Source: a virus (taxonomy: Duplodnaviria; Caudoviricetes). Taken from it: DNA of 62,962 bases. Numbering within the stretch: position 1 is the first letter of the stretch; the number at the start of each line of letters is the position of its first letter. Under the pieces are notes generated by a model. The model did not search any database and was not told where the DNA came from. It saw only the letters and a list, made by a program, of their open reading frames with translations. The stretch is taken from the IMG/VR virus record IMGVR_UViG_3300022871_000857, positions 1-62,962 of that record. One strand, written 5' to 3'. Below, in pieces: positions 10,293 through 19,520 of the stretch. Position numbers and translations under genes: made by a program.

Positions 10293-12857
10293 ATGACAAC
10301 AATATCAACATATTCATTTGAAGAAAATGAAATAACAGCCATGTGTATTACTGGAGAATATTTTTGGGTAGCTTATCAAGGTTCAGGAGGTAATTCAATA
10401 TTACATAAGAAAAATGTTAGAAATCCAAATACAACATATTATGAAATCACTGTTCCTGTAGATAAAATAGTTAGAATAACAGCAGATACTACTTATATTT
10501 ATTTGGCTGTTGAAGATGATACTTATATAGCATATAGATATAAGATTACTAATCCGTTAACTGTTTATAAAGCAATTGCTAAACCAATAACTATTACTGA
10601 AAATCCAGTTGATATTGCAATTGATAGTAATTCGTATTTTTATTTACTTGTTCCAGGAACAGCAAGTGGAACATATGCAACTGTTTTAAAATATATTAGT
10701 TATAGTTTAAGTGAAACAATAGAATTAAGTGAAAGTGGAAAAATAATAAATGATGCGAGAAGTATAACTGTTGATGATAATGATAATTTATGGATAGTTA
10801 CTTATGAAAACCCAACTAAATTAGTTAAAATATATGATGACATTTTATATTCGTCAGAATCATTAGAAGGAATTTATAATGCTTCAAAAATTATACATGT
10901 AAATCCATTAGTTATAGTTTGCTATACTGACCCTGTAAAAATAGTCAAAGTAGATATAAGTGGTGAAACACCTGTAGAAGATATATATGTTTTAAATGAT
11001 AGTGGAGAAGATTTTAAAAATGCAACTGATATTTGTATTAATGAAGATACAGATATGTTATATATATCATGTGAAGACGGTAAAATAATACAGGTTGAAT
11101 TAGATGATTTTGAAGCTAGAACAAGAATTGATACTGGAGATACAGATAATCTTACTAATATTGTAAGTCTTGATGATTTTAACACAATTTTTGCAGGCAC
11201 AGATAATTCAACGGCTGAATTAATTAGAGTTGATGATAGAGATTCTACTGAATTAGATAGTGATTTAAGATTTATTTTACAAGAAACTTATTCTGTTGGA
11301 AGTAGAGTGGATTCTGTTAATGGATTAAAATTAAATTCAGACTTTAGGTTTATAGTAGAAAAAGAAGATAATGTATTAAATTCAGATATTAGATTTATAT
11401 TAGACAGTTATTATACTGACCCTAATGACCAATATGTTGTTCCACCTACACCTATAGCCACAACTGATTTTATTGTTTATTTTGATTCAGTGGAAAGAAC
11501 AGATGTTGATTTAACAAGTATTAAAATAGTAAAAACAGCAGATGACTATTCTACAGCTACATTTAAACTTGCTTTAAAACATGATAATTTTGCTCCTGTA
11601 CAAACAGCAGTTTTAATTACTTTATCAGGAAATACTATTTTTGAAGGTACTATAAGTAAAGTATCTCCAAAAGGAAGTAAAGAAGAATTATATATAGAAG
11701 CACAATCAGATATTAAAAATACTCAAAGTGTTAATTTAGTTAATTTACCTTTAGCTAGTTCAGATACTAAATTTACATTATATGATGTATTTTTAGATGA
11801 TATAAATATTTATAATCCTGTTATTGAAGATAAATATTTAGATGATGATTATGAGGAAGAAAATGATTCACCTCCTTTATACAATGGAGTTAAAATTGAT
11901 TTAGGTAGTGAAACTACCGAAAGTGTTACTCAAACAACTGTTACTAGTTCAGGTGTTGCTAGTTTTAATGCTAGAGCCGCAAATGCAGTTGCTATATGGA
12001 GTGGAGAGATGCCATTAGAGCAAAACTGGACATATTTCTTTTATGCTACTGGAGTTAATGTAAGAAGATGTGATGCTGATTTAAATCATAATTTCTCCAA
12101 TCAATATATAGGGACTAGTTTATCTTCTTTAAGTGATGATATTATTTATCCTACAGAAATATGGTGGGAAAAACAAAGGGAATGGGGAATGATAGAAAAT
12201 GTATGGGAAACAGTTCTTGTGGCAGGTCAACTTATTAAGGTAAAGGTATATAGTGATGATGATGATGAAGGTGGTCCTGGAATTCTAGGTTGGTATAAAT
12301 TAGGTTCTGCTCCTTATTTAGAAGTAAGTGCAAGAAATGGAAGATATATAACTGCAACTAAATATTCTGATGAAGATGATGGATTATATACAGTTAGAGA
12401 TGAAGGTTATGATTATACTCCATATACTAAACTTGTAGCTGGAGTTGAATATGAAAAGATAAAAAATATAAACGGTGATATTTTACCTCAAACATCTGCT
12501 TCTATAGGAATAACAATTGATGCTATGTTTTACTATAATATAGAAATTGGAACTAAAATAAATCTTAGTAATACTACTCAAGCAGGAATATTTAAAGATA
12601 GCAATGGTTTTCCTTTAATGGTTAAATCAATAAGTATAGATTCTAATAATATGAAAATTTCATTAACATGTGATAATAAATTAACAAAAACAATGATGGA
12701 TGATTTAGATGATACTCTCCCTGATTTAGATGAAAAAATAGATTGTTATGATGAAAATGGATTTCTTTATAGAAGAAGAAAATTATATGTTTTTGGTGGA
12801 ACTAGAGTTAGATTGGCAAGAAAATTTGACCCTGTAGACTGGAAATACGTGGAGTAA
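10293..12857 (+). CDS. Baseplate hub/tail-tip protein with N-terminal beta-propeller-like region
   Basis: 854 aa; 'SIKIVKTADDYSTATFKL...IFEGTISKV' hub-like segment; C-terminal 'IEIGTKINL...VKSISID'. Confidence 0.55.
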   Translation: MTTISTYSFEENEITAMCITGEYFWVAYQGSGGNSILHKKNVRNPNTTYYEITVPVDKIVRITADTTYIYLAVEDDTYIAYRYKITNPLTVYKAIAKPITITENPVDIAIDSNSYFYLLVPGTASGTYATVLKYISYSLSETIELSESGKIINDARSITVDDNDNLWIVTYENPTKLVKIYDDILYSSESLEGIYNASKIIHVNPLVIVCYTDPVKIVKVDISGETPVEDIYVLNDSGEDFKNATDICINEDTDMLYISCEDGKIIQVELDDFEARTRIDTGDTDNLTNIVSLDDFNTIFAGTDNSTAELIRVDDRDSTELDSDLRFILQETYSVGSRVDSVNGLKLNSDFRFIVEKEDNVLNSDIRFILDSYYTDPNDQYVVPPTPIATTDFIVYFDSVERTDVDLTSIKIVKTADDYSTATFKLALKHDNFAPVQTAVLITLSGNTIFEGTISKVSPKGSKEELYIEAQSDIKNTQSVNLVNLPLASSDTKFTLYDVFLDDINIYNPVIEDKYLDDDYEEENDSPPLYNGVKIDLGSETTESVTQTTVTSSGVASFNARAANAVAIWSGEMPLEQNWTYFFYATGVNVRRCDADLNHNFSNQYIGTSLSSLSDDIIYPTEIWWEKQREWGMIENVWETVLVAGQLIKVKVYSDDDDEGGPGILGWYKLGSAPYLEVSARNGRYITATKYSDEDDGLYTVRDEGYDYTPYTKLVAGVEYEKIKNINGDILPQTSASIGITIDAMFYYNIEIGTKINLSNTTQAGIFKDSNGFPLMVKSISIDSNNMKISLTCDNKLTKTMMDDLDDTLPDLDEKIDCYDENGFLYRRRKLYVFGGTRVRLARKFDPVDWKYVE

Positions 12858-12860
12858 ATT

Positions 12861-13424
12861 ATGGCATATACGGGATATAAAAATAGAAAAAGAAAAGTAA
12901 ATTGGCTAATAAATAAATATAATAAGTTAGACCAAAGAACTAAAACTCTTGAATATACTTTATCTGATAAAGAAATAAAATCATTAAAAAAAAATATGAT
13001 TATTACTATAGCTGATAAAGAATTAATTTCTTTTTCTAATGAAGCTCCTATTATGTTTCCTTTTTGGGAACGTTCATGGTTTCATAGTATTGAGTATGAA
13101 ACAGAAGTTAGGTCTCCATTGAAATTTACACTTGAAATTAATATTAATCTCGGTTTATTTCCATCTCAATTACTCCCATATATAAAAATATTACATTATT
13201 ATTCTGCTCCTGATAATATCGAAACAGTAAATCCGTACGAGTTAGGAACTAGATATATAGATATGTATTTTTGTAAAGATGAAGATGATAATTATTATAT
13301 TAAAGGATTTTTATCCTTATCCAAAGGGGAATATGATACTTACAATAATGAATGGTATTGTACTTTAAAATTATTTTTAATTAATCCTTACAATTTTACT
13401 GGGACATATAAATATGGAAAATAA
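12861..13424 (+). CDS. Tail-tip protein, paralog 1 (LINP[YF] family)
   Basis: Shares PYIKI and KLFLINPYNF with the next gene. Confidence 0.5.
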   Translation: MAYTGYKNRKRKVNWLINKYNKLDQRTKTLEYTLSDKEIKSLKKNMIITIADKELISFSNEAPIMFPFWERSWFHSIEYETEVRSPLKFTLEININLGLFPSQLLPYIKILHYYSAPDNIETVNPYELGTRYIDMYFCKDEDDNYYIKGFLSLSKGEYDTYNNEWYCTLKLFLINPYNFTGTYKYGK

Positions 13425-14991
13425 AACAAATAAAAAATCAAGTAAATTGTTTAGAGAAGAAGATAAAGTTAATCAACAACTGGCAGAACCTATTATAATT
13501 AATAAAAATATTTTTAAAAGAAATAGAAATAAAAAGATGATAAATATTTATGAGGCTGAATGGGGTAATCCAACTGCGGCACGTGATTATAGTGGAGGTG
13601 GTTTTAATTTATATTGGAATAAAAATAATAAAAATAGTCCTATTTTCCATTATGTAATTTCTTCATATTATGGTACAATTATAATGCCAGAAGAATTTAT
13701 ACCTTATATAAAAATAAGAACTTATTTAAAAACACCATATACTGATAATGAAAATATTAAATTTAGGGCAAGTGCAAGCTCTAAAGAAATGCCTAAAACA
13801 GTACATAAATTAAGTAAAAAAGTTAAGAAAATTTACGGAGGCGAGACTATTTATGAAGGTAATTTTGGTAATTTTGGTTATCTCGCAAGAGATGGAGCAC
13901 TTCACTTAGGATTTTCAGCTTCACAGGCTGCAAATGCAACATATTCAAGAGCAGTTCCAATAGCAACATCTAGAACTTCATCTGATGGTATAGATACTAA
14001 ATATTATAAGAAATTTACATCCGGAACATATAACGAAGGAATATATGGTGTTCTTTATAAGGAAGATGTAGGTGGAGTTATTACATATCCAAATACGATT
14101 GTTTATTATGATAGAAAAACACTATACTTAAAAAAAGATAATCCAATGGGTATACCTAAAGAAAAAACATATATTACTGATTGTGATTCAACTGGTATTA
14201 GTGGATATTTTTATAAATATTTAAGTGGACATACGGAAAGTTATATAGATGATATGCCTAATCCTGGAGGAACATCATATACTTATGCTAATGACTTTAT
14301 GGATTTTAATGCCATTGAAAATTATTGGAATTACAGAGAAGAAATAAGTGGGTCTGGAAGAATAGGAGTATTTTTACATAGTAGTATTTATACAGAAGAT
14401 AATTCAGGGATAATTACAAAACGATATGTTAGTTATTATAGTGTAACGGCAGGACCAGCTATTAGTGGAAGTATGGATTGTGATGAATATTTACCTTTAA
14501 CATATCCTGGATCCGAGATTTTTGTTGATAATACTCATAAATGGATACCAAATACAAAACATTATCCAAGTTGGGTAAAATATGACACACCTATGTCGGA
14601 TGCAACTTATTCTTGGGAATACGAGATTTATAGTGATGAAATGGAATTGATACCTATACTCGATAGTAATTCTGATATTGAAACTGGATATGAAAATGAA
14701 ACAGTTGAAACCAAATATCCTTGGCAATCATTTAATTCTCATAGTGGAGAACTTAATATTACTAAAACAGGAGAAACATCTGAAGGACTAAGTATTTTCC
14801 GTGTTAGTAGAGTTGCATATTATGTTCAGGAGAGTATTGCTGATATTCCCACTATAATAATGACTGCTAAACACATTAAATTAGGAGAAACTATTGATAC
14901 TAGAGAATATCAGAAATATAATTCAAGTACTAAAGATGTTTATGTTAAAATAAAAATATTTTTAATAAATCCATATAATTTTAGAGGATAA
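13414..14991 (+). CDS. Tail-tip/receptor-binding candidate, paralog 2
   Basis: 525 aa Tyr/Ser/Gly-rich; ends KIFLINPYNFRG. Confidence 0.5.
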   Translation: MENKTNKKSSKLFREEDKVNQQLAEPIIINKNIFKRNRNKKMINIYEAEWGNPTAARDYSGGGFNLYWNKNNKNSPIFHYVISSYYGTIIMPEEFIPYIKIRTYLKTPYTDNENIKFRASASSKEMPKTVHKLSKKVKKIYGGETIYEGNFGNFGYLARDGALHLGFSASQAANATYSRAVPIATSRTSSDGIDTKYYKKFTSGTYNEGIYGVLYKEDVGGVITYPNTIVYYDRKTLYLKKDNPMGIPKEKTYITDCDSTGISGYFYKYLSGHTESYIDDMPNPGGTSYTYANDFMDFNAIENYWNYREEISGSGRIGVFLHSSIYTEDNSGIITKRYVSYYSVTAGPAISGSMDCDEYLPLTYPGSEIFVDNTHKWIPNTKHYPSWVKYDTPMSDATYSWEYEIYSDEMELIPILDSNSDIETGYENETVETKYPWQSFNSHSGELNITKTGETSEGLSIFRVSRVAYYVQESIADIPTIIMTAKHIKLGETIDTREYQKYNSSTKDVYVKIKIFLINPYNFRG

Positions 14992-14994
14992 AAA

Positions 14995-15681
14995 ATGAGA
15001 TATAATACAACTAAAAACAAATTACATAAATTAACAAATAAATATACAAAACATCTTAATGAACTGTTAAAAAAGCTAAAGAAGAAACCCCTTAAAAAAC
15101 AGAGATTAAATTTATATGAAAAACCTATAGTATATGAATCTGATTTTGAACTTCCCTATGTTTTACATGAAAGAAATAGAAAAGATATATTTGTAAATTT
15201 AGTCACAGACGCACCTTTGGATTTTCAATATGCAGAAAAATATGTCGAAATTTTTTATTATCCTGAAGGAAGTTATGGGAGGGTTTTATTAAATACATAT
15301 AATAGGAGAGAATACGATATTTATAATAAAAGAGGAAGTCATAATACCGAAGATATGATTGATGTTTATATTTTTAATAAAGATTTTGAATATACCTTTT
15401 ATAATATACCAGAAACTTTAATTGATTATGTAGAAACAGCAATAGTTTTGGATAAGGAAGTTGATTTCCCGAATTCAGAAATAGTAACACCGGAAGGTCT
15501 AAGCATACAGTCTATACCAACATTTCAAATAAAACAAACAGAAGCACAAGAAGAATTAGGGTTTGTTGACTTAATTGTTAGAGATGGATTTTCTAAAGTA
15601 GTTAATACCTTAGATAGTCCAGATTGGATTCCAACTGATTTTAAGGTTAAAATGATTGTTTCTCTTATAAATCCCTTCTAA
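14995..15681 (+). CDS. Tail-tip protein, paralog 3
   Basis: 228 aa; basic N-terminal helix; ends VSLINPF. Confidence 0.5.
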   Translation: MRYNTTKNKLHKLTNKYTKHLNELLKKLKKKPLKKQRLNLYEKPIVYESDFELPYVLHERNRKDIFVNLVTDAPLDFQYAEKYVEIFYYPEGSYGRVLLNTYNRREYDIYNKRGSHNTEDMIDVYIFNKDFEYTFYNIPETLIDYVETAIVLDKEVDFPNSEIVTPEGLSIQSIPTFQIKQTEAQEELGFVDLIVRDGFSKVVNTLDSPDWIPTDFKVKMIVSLINPF

Positions 15682-16057
15682 TTTCATTAAAAGCTACTTT
15701 TGGTATACTATTCTTAATACCTTGTTTCCAACCTGTTGTTTTTTTACCTAAATATTCTTTATCTACATCAATGTTTTCATATGAAATTGTAGTCTTGTTT
15801 AAGTCAAAAATAAATTTATATATTTTATATTTACTTAATCCCATTAGAATAGTTTTAGTTACCATTGTTTTTTTATTAAATAAAGACACATGTTCTATTA
15901 TATGATTATATTTTTCAAACCCACCTATACTAACAGACCTATTAAAAAGATTATATTCTATCTTAGAGATAGGTTTTTTAGGCATCTTATTCCACTTCGA
16001 ATCTTCTATATCTCCACCCTTCCAAATCTTTTTATCCTTAAAATATACATTGTACAT
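15665..16057 (-). CDS. Hypothetical protein
   Basis: 130 aa with AAGGAG RBS; converges with and overlaps the end of the structural module. Confidence 0.65.
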   Translation of the reverse strand: MYNVYFKDKKIWKGGDIEDSKWNKMPKKPISKIEYNLFNRSVSIGGFEKYNHIIEHVSLFNKKTMVTKTILMGLSKYKIYKFIFDLNKTTISYENIDVDKEYLGKKTTGWKQGIKNSIPKVAFNEIRRDL

Positions 16058-16324
16058 TATTTATTCTCCTTTTGGATACAGTAACTTATCATTTTTGTTA
16101 AGTTAATGTATTTAGTTATATCTAAACTACTATACATAATTGTCAATTTATTGCCAGCCTTATCTGTTTTATTATTGTCAACTTCAGGTCTTGTTTATGT
16201 CAACTTCAATCTTAATTTCGTATAAAATGTTAATACTTTTTAATAACTATATACATTTTGTGACAGATTGTCACAGAAATCCTATCCTTTGTGTGACAAA
16301 TTAGTCACAATTTGCTTTAATTTG

Positions 16325-16428
16325 CATTCCCTCTGGTCAGGTGCTTTAACCGTTCCTGACAAGTACACCTTAAAGGTGTTTGTGTGTGGGTCAATCTTAG
16401 CGTTTACCATTACGCCACAGAGGGAATG
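16325..16428 (-). ncRNA. tRNA-like RNA without canonical anticodon arm
   Basis: 11-bp terminal stem CATTCCCTCTG/CAGAGGGAATG, D-arm TGGCGTAATGGTAAACGC, internal hairpin ACACCTTTAAGGTGT, GTCAGG/CCTGAC stem in the T-arm position. Confidence 0.55.
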
Positions 16429-16435
16429 GTTGGTT

Positions 16436-16517
16436 TGGTGGGTGTGCCTGGAGTTGAACCAAGTTGATGGCTAGAACGGTTTACAGCCGTCCCCCTGACC
16501 GTTAGGGCATCACACCC
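16436..16517 (-). tRNA. tRNA-Tyr(GTA)
   Basis: Acceptor GGGTGTG/CACACCC, anticodon arm GACGG-CTGTAAA-CCGTT, long variable region, GGTTCAACTCC T-arm, encoded ACCA end. Confidence 0.9.
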
Positions 16518-16615
16518 AAATTCTCATTAGGATTGCTCCTATGCTATTTTTATTTTACGACATATAACGCACACAACTAGACTATATCGTTAATCCTACG
16601 TTATCCTGTGCATTC

Positions 16616-17440
16616 CTAAGTGATATAATCACCATATGTCTTTAAATTATATTTAGCTATAACTTTATTTCTAAATTCACTATACATTCTTTTTCTATAA
16701 TTATTATATATTGTAGGTTTAAATTTAATATATTTAGCTGTAATATCTTTAGTAAATAGAACTTTATTAGCACCTTGACTATTTTTTAGTCTCCAAAAGA
16801 AATCTAAATGCTCAAATAGTTTTAATTCATTATCCCATTTAACTTTATATAAAATATTAGTTTTAGCTAAAAAGAAATTGTTTATTTTATCACATTTAAT
16901 AAAAGAACATGATTTATATGTAGATGTAGTGTTTTCTGGTTTAGTTAATATAAACTTATCTTCTGTTTTTTCTATATTCCAAGTCCATTCAATCCTATCA
17001 TTTAAATGTAAACCTATTATTGCCACATCTTTAAGTATACTTAATAATTCAGTTAATTCATCTATTTTGTTTATACTTTCATTAAATTCAAATGAATCAG
17101 ATATAATCATAGAATATTTACATTTTAATTCCTTTGCTTTTTCAACTAAGAAGTTTCTACCATATGATAATCCAGAATCAAAAGGTATTGTATAATAAAA
17201 AACATTTTTATGAGCTTTTATTTCTTCAATAAATTCCTTTTTATCTTCAATCCATTCTTTATCTTTAGTATCTTTTGTTTCTTTACTAAATATATCATAT
17301 CCTTGGTCTGCAATTAATAAGACAAAATTATCTCTCCAATTATTTAGTATACTTTTGGTATTATTATATAACAGCTTATCTCTTAAAAAAGTAGTCATAC
17401 AAAGTGCTATTTTAGGTTTACGTCTATTAAATCCAATCAC
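16616..17440 (-). CDS. GT-A glycosyltransferase (GT2/B4GALNT-like)
   Basis: 'TTFLR', 'IADQG', 'DSGLSYGRNFLV', 'NFFLAKT', 'WDNELKLFEHLDFF'. Confidence 0.8.
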   Translation of the reverse strand: MIGFNRRKPKIALCMTTFLRDKLLYNNTKSILNNWRDNFVLLIADQGYDIFSKETKDTKDKEWIEDKKEFIEEIKAHKNVFYYTIPFDSGLSYGRNFLVEKAKELKCKYSMIISDSFEFNESINKIDELTELLSILKDVAIIGLHLNDRIEWTWNIEKTEDKFILTKPENTTSTYKSCSFIKCDKINNFFLAKTNILYKVKWDNELKLFEHLDFFWRLKNSQGANKVLFTKDITAKYIKFKPTIYNNYRKRMYSEFRNKVIAKYNLKTYGDYIT

Positions 17441-18276
17441 AGTAATTCTCCTTCATATCCATATATATGATTTTTATTAAGATATTTTTTAATTACTTCA
17501 GGATAAAGATAGTATTTATTTTCATCATATACTTTACATGATTTTATATCTTTAGTTATATATTCTATTGCTTTCTGTTCTAATTCTTCTATTGTTTTAC
17601 ATTTACGCTTCTCCATAGCAAAATCTTCAATAGTAGTTGTTTTATAGCTATCAGAAACCTTTTCCCATGCATATAAATGAGTTCTTAACAGTCTCCTTAA
17701 AGGGGTTTTAACATTACAGTCAAATTTAATAGGTGAATATAAAGATATTATATGTCCACTAGATATAGGTACATCTCCTGTTTCAGGACACCACTTAATT
17801 CTACCTTTTTTAAGTATTGTAGGATGAGGTACTATTAATATCTTATCCTTACCATATCCTTTTTTAAATGGTTCTTTATGATGTATTAAGTCATGTTTTA
17901 AATATACCATAGGACTATATATACCTTGAATATTACTGTCTTCTAAAATAACAGCAAAGTTCTTTAATGCTCTTTCACCTGTAGTATAGAACACTTCATC
18001 TCCGTCTTGTATTAAAAACCACTCATATCCGTCAGCTTCAGCTTTCTTAATTAGTTCCATTCTACCTTCTCTTAATCTCATCTCTGAATTAATATATTCT
18101 ACATTTAAATCCCATTTTTTAATACACATATCAAGAACTTCTTTTGTTTTATCTCTTCCTGACTTATGTAGAATATAATATTTATGAACCACATCTTTAG
18201 TAGATTCTAAAGCCAAAGGTAACATATTTTGTTCTTCCCAGATGCCCATTATACAAGCAAGTTTCTCTATTTTCAT
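17437..18276 (-). CDS. GT2-like glycosyltransferase
   Basis: 'EEQNMLPLALES', 'RDKTKEVL', DxD motif 'WFLIQDGDEVF'; ATG 18276 overlaps the upstream stop. Confidence 0.75.
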   Translation of the reverse strand: MKIEKLACIMGIWEEQNMLPLALESTKDVVHKYYILHKSGRDKTKEVLDMCIKKWDLNVEYINSEMRLREGRMELIKKAEADGYEWFLIQDGDEVFYTTGERALKNFAVILEDSNIQGIYSPMVYLKHDLIHHKEPFKKGYGKDKILIVPHPTILKKGRIKWCPETGDVPISSGHIISLYSPIKFDCNVKTPLRRLLRTHLYAWEKVSDSYKTTTIEDFAMEKRKCKTIEELEQKAIEYITKDIKSCKVYDENKYYLYPEVIKKYLNKNHIYGYEGELL

Positions 18277-18485
18277 ACTGTTCTCCAAGTCCTTACTCTC
18301 TCTGCCCATGTACCAAATGCCTTTTTAGCATATGTTTCTGCTTCTTTTTTTGAATCAAAATATACTGGTGTAGTTAAAAAACCAGAACCACAATAATCAG
18401 ATACTTTTGCTACTGTATTCCAAAATAAAAAATCCTTTACCAGTACTTTATATCTTTCACCATTTGTAACTATTTTATATTTCAT
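18273..18485 (-). CDS. Hypothetical protein
   Basis: 70 aa, coupled to neighbours; GGAAAA/AAAGG RBS-like sequence. Confidence 0.6.
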   Translation of the reverse strand: MKYKIVTNGERYKVLVKDFLFWNTVAKVSDYCGSGFLTTPVYFDSKKEAETYAKKAFGTWAERVRTWRTV

Positions 18486-18700
18486 AGTTTTCCTTTCGCT
18501 CCTATAACATCAATTTCTGCATCTATTGATTTAATTAATTTATTTCTATATGTATTTAATTTTATTATCTGTTTAGAAGTTTTACCTTTATTAATATTAT
18601 CTAAATTAAGGTTTTCTTCTAAATGCCAAATCTTTAAATTAACTATAACTAATTTATCAATTAATTCTCCTACCGTATATCTTACTAAATCAGTTGTCAT
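18482..18700 (-). CDS. DUF4254-like small helical protein
   Basis: 'TVGELIDKLVIVNLKIWHLEE...LNTYRNKLIKSID'. Confidence 0.55.
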   Translation of the reverse strand: MTTDLVRYTVGELIDKLVIVNLKIWHLEENLNLDNINKGKTSKQIIKLNTYRNKLIKSIDAEIDVIGAKGKL

Positions 18701-18963
18701 TTCTTTTCTCCATAATAGTTTACTTTGGTTTCTCCTGTACCTTGATTAAAATAATCATTTATATTTTCTTTTGATTCAGACCTTTTCCTATTAGATATTC
18801 TAGCTTGCATAAATATATCTTCGACATCTTTATCTGTTAAGACCAAATCTTCTCTTAAATCACCATTAACATCTTTTAATTGAGTATCATAGTGCCAATT
18901 CTGTAAGTTTGCAATTACAAGACTATTAATATTATCTCCTATTGACATTTTATTACCTTTCAT
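18697..18963 (-). CDS. DUF4254-like small helical protein (paralog)
   Basis: 'SIGDNINSLVIANLQNWHYD...SNRKRSESKENIND' aligns by eye with the neighbour. Confidence 0.5.
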   Translation of the reverse strand: MKGNKMSIGDNINSLVIANLQNWHYDTQLKDVNGDLREDLVLTDKDVEDIFMQARISNRKRSESKENINDYFNQGTGETKVNYYGEKK

Positions 18964-19520
18964 AATTTCTCAAAAAATATACAATAACCGATATTACCTA
19001 ACTCCCTATATTTATTTTTATTTATTTTACTATCTACAAATCTTTTAATTCCAGGACAGTCATGAAAATCATAATCATGAAATCCTATTATACCACCTTT
19101 AACTAATCTATCATTAACAAAATTAAATCCTATTTCTGTTGCTGTATATGTATCCATATCTAACCAAGCAAAACAAAATTTACTTTTTTTATTTAATTTC
19201 CTAGTTGTTATTTTTATATTACCTGCTACAGGAACTACATAATTTTCTAATTTCCGACTATCTCTCTGTTTAATAAATTCTTCTATACCATAATAAAATT
19301 TACCTTTTTCTATTGAACTTTCAATATCATATTCTGGCATACCTTCAAATGTATCAAATGCATATACTATTTTATTACTATTATTATCTTTAAGTAATTT
19401 GGCTAATTGAAATGTAGTTTTACCTGTATAAACTCCCATTTCTATAACATCTCCTTCTAAATCTAAAACGTGTTTTAATTGAGATACACAGGCTTTAGTT
19501 CTAATTGGAATATATTCCAT
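18960..19520 (-). CDS. TylF/MycF-family O-methyltransferase
   Basis: 'GDVIEMGVYTG', 'FDTFEGMP', 'LDMDTY', 'GGIIGFHDY'. Confidence 0.9.
   Translation of the reverse strand: MEYIPIRTKACVSQLKHVLDLEGDVIEMGVYTGKTTFQLAKLLKDNNSNKIVYAFDTFEGMPEYDIESSIEKGKFYYGIEEFIKQRDSRKLENYVVPVAGNIKITTRKLNKKSKFCFAWLDMDTYTATEIGFNFVNDRLVKGGIIGFHDYDFHDCPGIKRFVDSKINKNKYRELGNIGYCIFFEKL

Noticed and set aside
16259-16309. CRP/Rex binding sites
   Set aside because: TGTGA..TCACA spacers are 7 and 8 nt rather than the canonical 6, so they are kept only as unassigned dyads.
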